The notes under the pieces: generated by a model | Seen by the model: the letters and a program-made list of their open reading frames with translations, nothing else | The model's database searches: none | What the model was told of the DNA's origin: nothing | Position numbers and translations under genes: made by a program | From: Eledone cirrhosa | Lineage: Eukaryota | Reading direction: 5' to 3' | Assembly: GCA_964016885.1 (NCBI GenBank) | Contig: CAXHJY010000585.1 | Coordinates: 35,188-99,187 of the forward strand | DNA: 64,000 bases | Part shown: one piece after another, positions 15,641 through 30,939 of the stretch | Numbering within the stretch: the stretch's first letter is position 1 | Layout of the letters: the number at the start of each line of letters is the position of its first letter

Positions 15641-17325
15641 TAACATTATTCTAGAATTTAATTTAATTTAAATGTTAGTTAACCTATAAATTTAATTTAA
15701 TTAATATTTTATTACAGATGAGAAAATATTATGTAATCATTAATTTTGAAAAACCTTTAAATATTACTAATATATATTCAGTAATTTAATTTATAGATTA
15801 ATTTTAACCTATTTTAACCTTTTATTATAATTTTTTAATTTAGTTTAACCTTTTATTATAAAATTTTTTTTATTATAATTCTTTTACAGATAAAATATAA
15901 CAAAATAATATCATGTATCCTATGACGGAGAAAGAATTTTTAGTATTATTGACCTAATTAATATACATTTTGGAAATATATTTATTATTTGGTTTTAGCT
16001 TTAATCAACCTAAAACTTTAATTTTAATTTTAATTTGCTTAAAATTAGTATCCTTGTACAGACGAATTGCAGAATTTCATGTAATCATAGAATGGGAGGT
16101 GTTTTTGGATATATACCTAGTTAATATATTCTGTGCAAATTTTTTGAAAAAGATATGTATATCTATATGTATATGTATATGTGTGTATTGTATGTGTATC
16201 TGTATGTATATTTATGTGACTATATATGTATGTATGTGTGTATATATATGTATATATATATATATATATATGTGTATGTATATGTATATGTATGTGTATG
16301 TGTATGTATATGTATGTGTATGCGTATTAATTTTGATTTTTATTTGCATATAATTATATTATGCTATTGATGAAATACAATATCTGCTTTATGTATTGTA
16401 TACCTAATTAACATATACTAATTAACATATACTATTGAAATAAATATATAATTTTTAACTTAGTTAACATATAATTTATATGCTACTACCGATGTAATAC
16501 TTTATTTTATTTTTATTTGGGTTTCTTTTCCCTATTATTAACTTTAATTTAGTTATAATGTAATTAATAATCTACTACTGTTTGACTTCATAATTCTGCT
16601 TCAAATATTATAAACCTAACTAATTTACACCTTGGAAATCAATATGTTGACTATCTTTGGTTTAGTTGACATATGATTAATGGTATACTTTTTTATTTTG
16701 TGATGCATAGATTTCGTATTTCCTAGCATTGAAAATATGTAGGAACATACATTGAATTAAGATATGGAAAATATTATAGGTTTCTTGAAACATATATTTA
16801 CTTTGATCCCCTTCTCCAAACCCCCCCCTTTCCCCCATACTATTATCATCTGTTTTTGTAAGTGTATATGTATGAATTTGGGTAGATGGGTGTCTATATA
16901 GTTTTTTTTTGGTATTTATTTCTAGATATAAAAATACATATATGAGCATGTAAATATGAATGTAAGATTGAGTGTGTATATATGATTGTACATACATATG
17001 TATGTATATGTATGTATATATATGTATTATATATGTACGTGTATGTGAATGTGTGGTATATATATGTGTAGGTATATGTATATATGTGTGCGTATGTGTA
17101 TGCTTGTATATAGGAAAATATATGTGTGTATATATGTATATATGTATATGCGTGTTTGCATGTATGTGTATATGGGTTCTGTATATATTTGTATGTCTCT
17201 CTATTTATATGTTTATCTTCGTATCTATGTGATATATGTGTGTGTGTGTGCATGTATGCATATGTATGTGTTTGTGTGTGTTTGTATGTGTGTGTGTATA
17301 TATATGTATGTATTTGCGCACACTC

Positions 17326-17362
<37 letters not shown>

Positions 17363-17449
17363 AGTGTGTATGTGTGTCTGTATGTGTGTGCGTGTGTATA
17401 TATGTGTATATATATATATATGTGTATGTATGTGTATGTGTGTGTATAT

Positions 17450-17493
<44 letters not shown>

Positions 17494-17632
17494 ATATAGG
17501 TGTCTATGTGTGAATATATGTCTTTATTCGTATGTGTGTATTTATATATGTTTATATTTAGGTGTATGTATGTATGTGTATGTATGTATGTATATGTATG
17601 TGTATGTATGTATATGTGTATATGTGTGTATA

Positions 17633-17663
<31 letters not shown>

Positions 17664-17759
17664 TATTCTTTATTATTATTGTAATATAACTTATGTGTAT
17701 ATGTGTATAAGTGAGGTTGTGTATGTATATATACTATGTGTATATATAAGGGTAATGAA

Positions 17760-17790
<31 letters not shown>

Positions 17791-17887
17791 CATGTCTGTA
17801 TTTTATGTGTGTGTGTATATATATATATATGTGTATGTGTGTATATGTGTATGTATATATGCATATATGTGTACGTGTGTGTATGTT

Positions 17888-17929
<42 letters not shown>

Positions 17930-18044
17930 CATCTGGATGTTTGTATGTGTTTTCATGGTGGTATGAGTGTGGGATATATATGTTTATGTATAAGTATATG
18001 TATGTGTATGTATATATATATGAGTCTATGTGTGTGTGTGTATA

Positions 18045-18093
<49 letters not shown>

Positions 18094-18863
18094 ATGTGTG
18101 TATGTGTTGCGCGTGTGTGTGTCCGTATTTTTATCTTTTTATATGTGTATGTGTATGTTCGTGTAAATGTATGTGTGTGTATGACAGTATAGGTATGTGT
18201 GTATGTATGTATGTGTAGATATCTCTATGTGCGCGTACATGTACGTATGTGTATGTATATCTGTATGCGTATGTACATTATATTATATGTAATATATTTT
18301 ATTGTTTTTATTTTTTTATTTTTCATAATTTATAGATACATTTATATTAGGCTGTCTGTCTGACAACCTAATACTGACCCCTCCCCCCCCTCCCACCTAA
18401 TTTCTGTATCTTGATCTTGAAATGTGTGTACCAGTGTGTTTATGTGAGTGACTTAATTTCTATTTGCTTATGATTTTATATCCACATATATAAATGTGAG
18501 TGGGGGGTGTGTGTGTGTTTGTGTGTTCGTGGTTATGTGTATATTTATATATATACGCACATGTATGTGTGATTATACTGATATGTGTGAGTATGAAAAA
18601 AATATATTTATATGCTTGACTACATAAGTATCATTGCGTTTCTTATCAGCGCATTAAGCTTACAGAGATATTAACCTTGAAATTTTTTATTTGCATCCAT
18701 CTTTTTAGTATGCACATACATATTATACACACATTATTGTAAAATGTGTGTAGGGTTTTACATGTATATACACACACCAAACTGCTTTTTAACCCTTTGT
18801 GTTTTCATTGGTCAATTTTGAACTGATATTTTGAATTGTTGTTATTATCAATAAATATACTTC

Positions 18864-19012
18864 ATTATTTCTGAAGACGGCGTATATATGTGTTAGGTAT
18901 GTATATTTAATCTTGATAATTTGTATAATTTTGTATAATTTTGTACATAGATCTGTTAAATATGCATACCAATTATAGCACATATATGCCCTAGAAACGA
19001 TCGTTAAATAGT
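18864..19012 (+). ncRNA. Hammerhead ribozyme with a very long stem II (about 115 nt)
   Basis: attattt-CTGAAGA-[ggcgtatatatgtg...ggtatgtatatttaa pairing with ttaaatatgcatacc...cacatatatgcc]-GAAA-cgatcg-TT-aaatagt. Confidence 0.78.
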
Positions 19013-19575
19013 GAACTTTTTTTGTTTAATATAAGGAATTGTTTGTTCATTATTTGTTTAATATTTTATCTTGACTCTGTATACCGTTTATCTTTCACCG
19101 AAATTGGATTTTCATTACATCTCTTCTTTCCATGATATCCGGAATACATTGAGTTCTTCATACGGATTGGACACTACCGTAAACTCTTGGTAGATTTATC
19201 TACATATATATATATACATATAGATGTATATATACATATATATGTATATATATATATATGTATACATATTTATGTATATTTGTATACACATGTATAAATA
19301 TATTTTTACACACACATACATATATACATATATATATATATACTATATACACACACACACGCATGTATATATATATATATATAAATATATATATGTATAC
19401 AACACAAAATAATATGTAGATTAGAGGTATTTAAGATATTACAACCCCGATAGAAGAATTCGTAATTAATGGTCCATGAAGAGAATGGAATCTTCCAGTT
19501 TCTGTTGTCCTACAGCTAATGGCTCGGTCCTTAGCTTGGTTTATGGAAGATAGACTTCAATGTACACATACATAC

Positions 19576-19642
<67 letters not shown>

Positions 19643-19881
19643 TACATATACGCACATATATATACATATATACATACATGCACACATACATATACGCACA
19701 TATATATACATACATATATAGATGAGATTCTACAGGACTAGAACTGTTTCATTCTTTAGATTTCTAAAGAATGAAACAGTTCTAGTCCTGTAGAATCTCA
19801 TCTATATTAAAACTTTTATACTCTGCAATGTATTGAGTACCTTACTTACTGTGGTTACCTCCGATTCAACCCGGAATAACG

Positions 19882-19959
<78 letters not shown>

Positions 19960-19993
19960 TACATATACGCACATATATGCCCACATACATATG

Positions 19994-20045
<52 letters not shown>

Positions 20046-20084
20046 CGCACATATATGCCCACATACATATGCACACATATATAT

Positions 20085-20132
<48 letters not shown>

Positions 20133-20847
20133 ACACATACATACAGGTACACATACATATACACACATATATACACACATATATATATAAACACACATAC
20201 ACATACATACAGATACACACACATACATATATATATATGGACACATACATATACACACATACATATACACACATACATATATACACACACATACATATAT
20301 ATATGCACACATACATATACACACATATATGCACACATACATATACACACATATATACATACATATATATATAAACACACATACACATACATACAGATAC
20401 ACACACATACATATATATATATATGCACACATAGATATACACACATACATATATATGCACACATACATATACACACATACATATATACACACACATACAT
20501 ATATATATATGCTCATATACATATACACACATATATATACATACATATATATATAAACACACATACATATATATATATATATGCACACATACATATACAC
20601 ACATATATGTACATACATATATATATATATATATGCACACATACATATACACACATATATGTACATACATATGTATATATATATATATAAACACACATAC
20701 ACATACATACGAATACACACACACTTATATACACACGTGTATATACACACACATATATATACATACACAAAAACATACGCATCTTTTTTATATATTCACA
20801 TATTTATATATTCTCACAATGGTGTACTTTCATGCACATACATACAT

Positions 20848-20890
<43 letters not shown>

Positions 20891-21044
20891 AATATATATA
20901 TACATATACATGCATACACACTTTCTTACATATACACATATATATATATATGTATATATACATCACACTTTCTTATACATACACACACGCGGATAAGCAA
21001 CTTTGTAATTATTAACTGTAAATTAGAAAAAGATTATGAGTGTA

Positions 21045-21097
<53 letters not shown>

Positions 21098-21228
21098 AGA
21101 TGTGTGTGTAGTTAATAATTACAAAGTTTCTTATCCGCGTGTGTGTATGTATAAGAAAGTGTGATGTATATATACATATATATATATATATTTATATGTA
21201 AGAAAGTGTGTATGCATGTATATGTATG

Positions 21229-21265
<37 letters not shown>

Positions 21266-21266
21266 T

Positions 21267-21300
<34 letters not shown>

Positions 21301-22028
21301 CGTATGTATATATATGTGTATGAAAGTACACGTGTGTGAATATATGAATATGTGAATGTATAAAAAAGGTGCGTATATTTTTGTGTATGTATATATATAT
21401 ATGTGGGTGTGTATATATACACGTGTGTATATAAGTATGTGTGTGTATGTGTATGTGTGTTTATATATATATGTATGTATATATATGTGTGTATATGTAT
21501 GTGTGCATATATATACATGTATGTGTGTGTATATGCATGTATGTGTATGTGTATATATATATATATATGTATATGTGTGTGTATATGTATGTGTGCATAT
21601 ATATACATGTATGTGTGTGTATATGCATGTATGTGTATGTGTGTATATATATATATGTATATGTGTGTGTATATGTATGTGTGCATATATATACATGTAT
21701 GTGTGTGTATATGTATGTGTATGTGTGTTTATATATATATATGTATGTATGTGTGTGTGTATATGTATGTGTGCATATATGTATATATATGTATGGGTTT
21801 GTATGTGTGTTAATATATATATATGTATGTATATATGTGTGTATATGTATGTGTGTATATATATACTACAATTTCCTCCATATACATATATAGGGGGGGG
21901 GAGTGTACGTCTGTAGGCTGAAGTTGGTCCGTTGTTCGACCCTGAGGTGGGTGGCGGATATATATATATATATATATATATATGATAAAGAACACAAGAG
22001 CGTCTACAACATCAAAAGATTTTTATTG

Positions 22029-22073
22029 GCTTACAATGTTTCTTCCTTACGTAACCGTAGGATTCGTCAGAGC
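22029..22073 (-). ncRNA. Minimal type-I hammerhead ribozyme
   Basis: gct-CTGACGA-atcctacg gtta cgtaaggaa-GAAA-cattg-TA-agc. Confidence 0.75.
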
Positions 22074-22335
22074 TATAAAAGGGGTTTGATTGGTGTTATG
22101 GCCAATACCTTAATGGGACACGGGTATACAATACCTAACTCCTATTAACCTAAGTATTTATATATATATATATAGATATATACATATATATATATATAGA
22201 TATATACATATATATATATATAGATATATATTAATTCAAAATATTAACAAAATAGATATTTTCGTGACATACCGTGACATAGTAGATGGTTAAGATCCAG
22301 TCATCTACTATGTCAGGGTATGTCATGTATCATCT

Positions 22336-22402
22336 TATTTTATCTGATGAGGACGTACTGTTGAACTTAACTCAGTACCTCTGAAATATGTGTAATAAAA
22401 TA
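22336..22402 (+). ncRNA. Minimal type-I hammerhead ribozyme
   Basis: tattttat-CTGATGA-ggacgtactg...cagtacctct-GAAA-tatgtg-TA-ataaaata. Confidence 0.82.
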
Positions 22403-22539
22403 TACTTGATCACAAGAATATCTATTTTGTTAATATTTTGAATTAATATTAATAACTCCGGAAAACCATAACTGTTGAGTGCTTCCAATCTATTGTAAAT
22501 CTCATTCTTTGATGTATTCATTGAACCTTGTTTAACTTT

Positions 22540-22586
<47 letters not shown>

Positions 22587-22655
22587 AAAAAGAGATGAAA
22601 TCGAAAATGCAACTGGAGTCTTATTTTTTAAAAATATATATATATTTATTTGGTT

Positions 22656-22693
22656 CCTTTACCGGTTTCGCAGTTCTTCTGCTTTTCAAAAGG
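22656..22693 (-). ncRNA. Minimal hammerhead, U3-A8 core variant
   Basis: cctt-TTGAAAA-gcag aagaa ctgc-GAAA-ccgg-TA-aagg. All three stems are intact. Confidence 0.7.
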
Positions 22694-22696
22694 TGA

Positions 22697-23136
22697 GTTG
22701 AGATGGGGGGTCTGTGGTGTTGAGATGGAGGGTCTGTGGTGTTGAGATGGAGGGTCTGTGGTGTTGAGATGGGGGGTCTGTGGTGTTGAGATGGGGGGTC
22801 TGTGGTGTTGAGATGGGGGGTCTGTGGTGTTGAGATGGAGGGTCTGTGGTGTTGAGATGGGGGGTCTGTGGTGTTAAGATGGGGGGTATGTGGTGTTGAG
22901 ATGGAGGGTCTGTGGTGTTGAGATGGGGGGTCTGTGGTGTTAAGATGGGGGTCTGTGGTGTTGAGATGGGGGGTCTGTGGTGTTGATATGGGGGGTCTGT
23001 GGTGTTGAGATGGAGGGTCTGTGGTGTTGAGATGGGGGGTCTGTGGTGTTGAGATGGAGGGTCTGTGGTGTTGAGATGGGGGGTCTGTGGTGTTGAGATG
23101 GGGGGTCTGTGGTGTTGAGATGGGGGGTCTGTGGTT
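22697..23136. repeat. 22-bp G-rich minisatellite, about 20 copies
   Basis: Unit tctgtggtgttgagatgggggg. Period seen at 22711/22733. Confidence 0.93.
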
Positions 23137-23141
23137 TTTCT

Positions 23142-23189
<48 letters not shown>

Positions 23190-23326
23190 TATATAGATAC
23201 ATATATATACATATATATTTATACATAGATGTTTCAGGAAAAAAACGAAATGTATTTTCTTGTTAAGTCGTTAAGTCGTCCCTTTAAGAATACAATATAT
23301 ATATGTGTGTATGTATATATGTGTGT

Positions 23327-23414
<88 letters not shown>

Positions 23415-23576
23415 GGTGTTGGCGAGGTTTTTGCTCAAAGAATGATAGGAAAAGACAGACGGTTGTGTGGTATAACTTGTCAAGAGAAGACATAATTGTG
23501 GAGAAGAATTGGGTGACAAATGACTGGAATCTGGTGATTTATGGCTAAAACTTGATAGAAACATGGAGTTATTTAG

Positions 23577-24180
23577 GGGTTGGTAGTGGTGGTAGTGGTA
23601 GTGGTGGTGGTGGTGGTGGAGGTAGTGGTGGTGGTGGTGGTGGTGGTGTTGGTAGTGGTGGTAGTGGTGGTGGTGGTGGTGGTGGTGTTGGTGTTGGTGG
23701 TGGTGGTAGTGGTGGTGATGGTGTTGGTGTTGGTGTTGGTAGTGGTGGTGGTGGTAGTAGTAGTGATGGTGGTGGTAATGGTGGTAGTGGTGGTGGTAGT
23801 GGTAGTGGTGGTGGTGGTGGTGGTGGTGTTGGTAGTGGTGGTAGTGGTGGTGGTGGTGGTGATGGTGGTGGTGTTGGTGGTGGTGGTGGTGGTAGTGGTG
23901 GTGATGGTGTTGGTGTTGGTAGTGGTGGTGGTGGTGGTGGTGGTGGTAGTAGTTGTGATGGTGGTGGTAATGGTGGTAGTGGTGGTGGTGGTGGTGGTGG
24001 GGATGGTGGTGGTGATGGTGGTAGTGGTGGTGATGGTAGTGATGGTGGTGGTGGTGGTGGGGATGGTGATGGTTGTAGTGGTGGTGGTGGTAGTGGTAGT
24101 GATGGTGGTGGTGGTGGCGGTGGTGGTGGTAGTGATGGTGGTAGTGGTAGTGGTGGTGGTGGTGTTGGTGGTGGGTATGG
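23577..24180. repeat. (GGT)n-type imperfect trinucleotide repeat
   Basis: Read directly. It explains the poly-G/V/P/H ORFs. Confidence 0.92.
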
Positions 24181-24306
24181 TGCTTTCCCAAGGTAGGAGT
24201 TACTACCAACACTTTCACACAACCAAGATTACTTTACCTGATGTATAGCAAGAACTTATTCTATATTGCAGGTGGACAATCGGAACTGCAGTACACACAC
24301 ACACAC

Positions 24307-24428
<122 letters not shown>

Positions 24429-24557
24429 ACATGCATACATATATATACACATGTATATATACACATGTATACATGCATACATATATATACACATGTATAC
24501 ATACACATTCATACATACATATATATATATATACATACATATACATGTATATATATA

Positions 24558-24591
<34 letters not shown>

Positions 24592-24717
24592 AATACACAC
24601 ATATATATATATATATACATACTTATATATATACATATATATATATAATATATATACATACATATATATATATACATACATATATATACACGTTTTATAT
24701 ATATATATATATAAATA

Positions 24718-24767
<50 letters not shown>

Positions 24768-25322
24768 CACACTTACAAACACATATACATATATATACAC
24801 ACACATATATATACATCATATACACACACATACATAAATAGATATATATACACAAATACGCGCACACACATATATATATGCATACACACACACATGCATA
24901 CACTCACACACATATATATATAAACATATATATACGCACACACACATACATAAATATATATATATATACACAAATACACATACATATACTTATATATACA
25001 CACACACATATATATACATACACATACACATATATATACATACACATACACATATATACACATACATATATACATATACATATATATATATATATACATA
25101 CACACAGCTATATATACATACACACATAGACATATATATATACACATATATATATATATATACACATATATATAGATGTATATACACACACACACATATA
25201 TATACATGTATATACACACACATATACATATATATATATACACACACACACACATACATAAATATATATATATATATATACAATATATTAATAAATGGAA
25301 ACTATATTTATAAAACCATATT

Positions 25323-25388
25323 TATTTTATTATACATATTTCAAGGGCAACCAAGGCAAATTATGGTGCGCTTTCATCAGATAAAATA
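25323..25388 (-). ncRNA. Hammerhead ribozyme (same family as 1546-1611)
   Basis: tattttat-CTGATGA-aagcgcacca...ttggttgccctt-GAAA-tatgta-TA-ataaaata. Confidence 0.78.
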
Positions 25389-25486
25389 CAGATTTGTTTT
25401 ATTTACTCCACTAAGCTGTTGAGTGCTTTATATCAGTTATAAACGTTTTTAAGCTTGTTGAATCCCAACAAATTAAATATAACCTC

Positions 25487-25555
<69 letters not shown>

Positions 25556-25685
25556 GCAAAAGTTATATTTAAATTGTTGGGATACAACAAGTAAATATTT
25601 TTATAACTGATATAAAGCACTCGACAAGTATTTGGAGTAGATATACGATATTAATAAATGGAAACTATATTTATAAAACCATATT

Positions 25686-25934
25686 TATTTCATTATACAT
25701 ATTTCAAGGATACCAAGTTAAATTATGGTGTGCCTTCATCAGACAAAATACAATATATATCAGTTTTATAAATAAGCATTGACGTACCCTTTCAAAATGC
25801 GACCATTACTTTTGGAGGACCATTTTAAAAGGGTACGTCAATGCTTATTTATAAAACTGATATATATTGTATTTTGTCTGATGAAGGCATACCATAATTT
25901 AACTTGGTATCCTTGAAAAATGTATAATGAAATA
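25686..25934. ncRNA. Pair of hammerheads in a fold-back element (25686-25750 minus, 25870-25934 plus)
   Basis: Plus copy: tattttgt-CTGATGA-aggcatacca...tggtatcctt-GAAA-aatgta-TA-atgaaata. The minus copy is its mirror. Confidence 0.8.
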
Positions 25935-26245
25935 AATATGGTTTTATAAATATAGTTTCCATTTGTTAATATTGTATATTTATATATATATATACCCATA
26001 CGCACACCCACACACACATATATATATACATGTATATACACACACACACACATATATATATATACACACAAACACACCAAGATAATCTCTTGTCTCAGAA
26101 GAGAGAGAAAAAACTTTCCAAAATAATTTAGAAAGAATACAACAATAACAATAATCTGGAAATTATCGGCAGAGTTTTTAATAAATCCAGTGTCAGATTT
26201 ATGACACAGTTCCTTTTCTTTTACATATTATTTCCATTGTTTTTG

Positions 26246-26276
<31 letters not shown>

Positions 26277-26469
26277 GGGTCGTTTTTTTTATTTATTTTT
26301 TTTTTATTTTTGGTAATGTTGGAAATTTGGAACTGAAATAATGGATAGATTAAAAATAAATTAAAATAAAATATAAAAAGCTGTTTGGTATGGTTTAGTA
26401 GGTAGAGAGGGAGGGATAAAGAGAGATAGGTAGCGGGAGAGAGAGAGAGAGAAGCGTATATATATAGAA

Positions 26470-26538
<69 letters not shown>

Positions 26539-26817
26539 TAGAGAGAGAGAGGCATATATATAGAGAAAGATATATATATATATAGAGAGAGGTACATATA
26601 TATATAGAGAGAGGTATATATATATATATAGAGAGGTACATATATATAGAGAGAGGTATATATATATAGAGAGAGAGGCATATATATAGAGAAAGATATA
26701 TATATAGAGAGAGAGGCATATATATAGAAAAAATATATATATATATAGAGAGAGGTATATATATAGAGAGAGAGACATATATATAGAGAAAGATATATAT
26801 ATATATTGAGAGAGAGG

Positions 26818-26848
<31 letters not shown>

Positions 26849-26849
26849 G

Positions 26850-26880
<31 letters not shown>

Positions 26881-26881
26881 G

Positions 26882-26920
<39 letters not shown>

Positions 26921-26923
26921 GCG

Positions 26924-26954
<31 letters not shown>

Positions 26955-27213
26955 GCATATATAGAGAGAAAGATATATATATATAGAGAGAGAGGCATAT
27001 ATATATAGAGAGATGGATAGAGAGAGGGAGAGAGATAGTAAGATGGTAGAGAGATAGAAAAAGGAGGAAAATTATATATATATGTACATATATATATACG
27101 TGTGTACATATATATTTGTATATATGTATATATATGTGTGTAGATATATATATATATTTGTATATGTATATATATATGTAATTTTTTTTGCTTGTGTATG
27201 TGTGTATGTGTAC

Positions 27214-27281
<68 letters not shown>

Positions 27282-27647
27282 TGTGTGTGTATGTGTATGT
27301 ATGCATCTATGTATATATATATATACACACACGCGTAGAAATATGTGTGTGTGTATGAGAACTAGAAAGACCTATTGTATGTGTAAGTATATGAGAGAGA
27401 GACATATAGATAGAGAGAGAGAGACGAGAGAGAGAGAGAGATAGAGAGAGATAAAGATAGAGAGAGAGATAGATAAAGATAGAGAGAGAGGGAGATAGAT
27501 AGAGAGAGAGAGTCAAGAGATGTGTCTTATGATAAAGAAACAGAAAATATGATTCAATGTAGAATTGGAGGGTTTTTTGTTTGTTTTTGAGAAGAAATAA
27601 TGAAACCTGGGGCAACAATTATTGTAATTGTTGTTGGTGAAGAACAG

Positions 27648-27692
<45 letters not shown>

Positions 27693-28194
27693 ATGTATGT
27701 ATGTATGTGTATGTAAGTATATATATGTACATAAATATATATATATGTGTATGTATGTGTATGTAAGTATATATATGTATATAAATATATATATATATAT
27801 ATATATAAATATAAATATATAGGTATATATATATATATATAAGTATATATATGTATATAAATATATAGGTATATATATATATAAGTATATATATGTATAT
27901 AAATAGATAGGTATATATATATATATATAAGTATATATATGTATATAAATATATTGGTATATATATATAAGTATATATATGTATATAAATATGTAGGTAT
28001 ATATGTATATATATATATGTATGTATATATAATATATACTTGTATGTATATATATAATGTGTAACTATATACATATATAGGTATATATATATTTCTGAAT
28101 ATATATGTATATATATATATTTATGTATATATATTTATATATATATATGTATACCTATATACATATATAGGTATATATATATATATATATATAT

Positions 28195-28288
<94 letters not shown>

Positions 28289-28880
28289 ACATATTCAGCC
28301 CCTTGCATATACTATCTATGGAATATAACTTAAGGTGAAATAGTGATGACATTTTCACTAGTTTCAGTAGTTTGCCATAAAAAAAAAAACAGTGACCTTT
28401 TCTTCTCAACCTAGATGTTCTTTCTGTTGCTCTGCATCATGGGATCTCGAAGTTTTACGAGCTACAGGTTAGGTTTCTTTCGGAAACGTTTATAGAAGAA
28501 CAAAAGCAACAATAGTAATAATGGCGGTGATAATAATAATTAGGTTTCTGTAACATATTACTGATACTAATATTAGTTATAATCGTATTTATACCAGTAG
28601 TAATTTGAATGTATGAACGTATGTATATCTATATATATAGTAATAATAATAAATTTGAAGACTAAAATCCAAAGAGGGCTCGATAAGGATAAATATATAT
28701 CAAATATATAAGAACCGTAAAGCAAATATTTATTTGTACAAATTTTAGCACAGCACCAACGAAGCTTTTGGTTGCAGCCAAGCTAACGAATGCAGTTTCG
28801 GTGTGCAGCTAAGCACTCAATAGGGAATACTACCCTAGAGTTATAACATTACGTTTAGACAGCTTTGCAAAAATATTTGA

Positions 28881-28926
<46 letters not shown>

Positions 28927-29119
28927 GTATAGGATTATCCAAGATGTAGTAATGGTTAATTACTACACTGGATATGGTTGACGTACGGTAAGAGGTTACT
29001 CTACGAGTTATGGAAGAATTGTTCAAGAAACTTAGTTCCTGATCCTTCAGTATTCCGGAGTGTATATAAAGAATGAATAATAACAGGTAGACATCATAAA
29101 AAGGTAATTTATTCCGTGT

Positions 29120-29229
29120 GCTTACAAGTGTTTCCACGGTGGTACTGCAGCCTAGTTACGCTACGTGCAAATTCATAAATACTTGCAGAACTCAAATATC
29201 CAATGCTGTGACCACTGTTTCCTCAGAGC
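29120..29229 (-). ncRNA. Hammerhead with long stem II at the centre of a palindrome
   Basis: gct-CTGAGGA-aacagtggt...accaccgtg-GAAA-cacttg-TA-agc. The inversion point lies at the core. Confidence 0.65.
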
Positions 29230-29390
29230 GAGGAAACAGTGGTCACAGCATTGGATATTTGAGTTCTGCAAGTACTTGTGAATTTGCACATAGCGTAACT
29301 AGGCTGCAGTACCACCGTGGAAACACTTGTAAGCACACGGAATAAATTACCTTTTTATGATGTCTACCTGTTATTATTTTATTATTCATT

Positions 29391-29451
<61 letters not shown>

Positions 29452-29654
29452 TCAAAAATTTGTTCTGAGTTCGGTTTTCTTCGTCGCTATGGTCACTGCA
29501 GGCCGTCTATCGGTCGCTGTCTTCAATTTGCAAAGCTGTCTAAACGTAATGTTATAACTCTAGGGTAATATTCCCTATTGAGTGCTTAGCTGCACACCGA
29601 AACTGCATTCATTAGCTTGGCTGCAACCAAAAGTTTCGTTGATGCTGCGCTAAA

Positions 29655-29690
<36 letters not shown>

Positions 29691-30275
29691 ATAATAATAA
29701 ATTTGAAGACTAAAATCCAAAGAGGGCTCGATAAGGATAGATATATATAAGAACCGTAGAGCAAATATTTATTAAAATAACAGATTCAATTTTAAGCAAA
29801 GAATCGCTGCTTTCAGCCTTAACCGTTAAGGGTGAAAGCAGCGATTCTTTGCTTAAACTTTAGTCTGTTATTTTAATAAATATATATATATATGTATAAA
29901 TCAATCAACTAAAAATTGATTGACATACATATATTTAAAATAATCACATGAAACAATCACAGGGGGATAATTTTTAAAGTGTGTAATCACACATAGCTAG
30001 GTAGGTAACTAATTAAAGTTTAACTAGAGCTTCAAATATTACCTTTTTAAAAAATGATTAAACCTCCTTGTATATTAAATATATATATATATATGTCATT
30101 CAATTTCCTCGTTGATATAAAATGCTCGGATCTATTCATTGGAATCTTTGAGCTTTATTCTACGTGGATATGGCGCATGTCTCGGACATGACTCCCTTAA
30201 TTTAATTTAATTTAATTAATTTTAGATATATATGTATAAATCAGAATTTTTCATATATATATATAATATATATAT

Positions 30276-30455
30276 AATTGTTTCTACTTTTCGCACAAGG
30301 CCAGCAATTACCCAGTGCATTACAGGTACTTTATTTTATCGACCCTTTAAGGATGAAAGGCAAAGTTAACCTCGGCGGGATTTGAACTCAAAATGGAAAG
30401 GGGCGTAACTCCATGCGTCAAAGCATGGCGTCCAACCCTCTACTGATACTGCCAA
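30276..30455 (-). mobile_element. tRNA-derived SINE copy
   Basis: Matches the family of 41794-42172. Confidence 0.85.
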
Positions 30456-30513
30456 ATATATATAATATGAATCTATATATATAATATGTATGTAATATGT
30501 ACATATATGTAAT

Positions 30514-30553
<40 letters not shown>

Positions 30554-30671
30554 TTCTGACGACTGAAGACAGATATATCTATATATATATAAATCAGAAT
30601 TTTTCATATATATAATATATATATAATATGTACATATATATGTGTATGTATATATATATAATATGTACATA

Positions 30672-30705
<34 letters not shown>

Positions 30706-30716
30706 ATATGTACATA

Positions 30717-30752
<36 letters not shown>

Positions 30753-30794
30753 ATATGTACATATATATGTGTATATATATATAATATGTACATA

Positions 30795-30939
<145 letters not shown>

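Larger units (their letters stand above)
13775..19201 (+). mobile_element. Probable extent of the Penelope/Naiad copy, including a long microsatellite-rich 3' UTR and an HHR-bearing end
   Basis: The ORF is followed by AT-rich sequence, then a same-strand HHR (18864-19012) and a 3' end running into (TA)n at about 19201. Linkage across the 3.2-kb gap is inferred. Confidence 0.55.

Noticed and set aside
15641-16000. SECIS element after the Naiad ORF (ATGA...TGA at about 15718 and 15922)
   Set aside because: The helix and apical AA spacing do not fit, and the ORF has no in-frame UGA.
23271-24248. Extensin-like, Gly-rich or His-rich protein
   Set aside because: A (GGT)n microsatellite open in five frames, with no supported exon structure.
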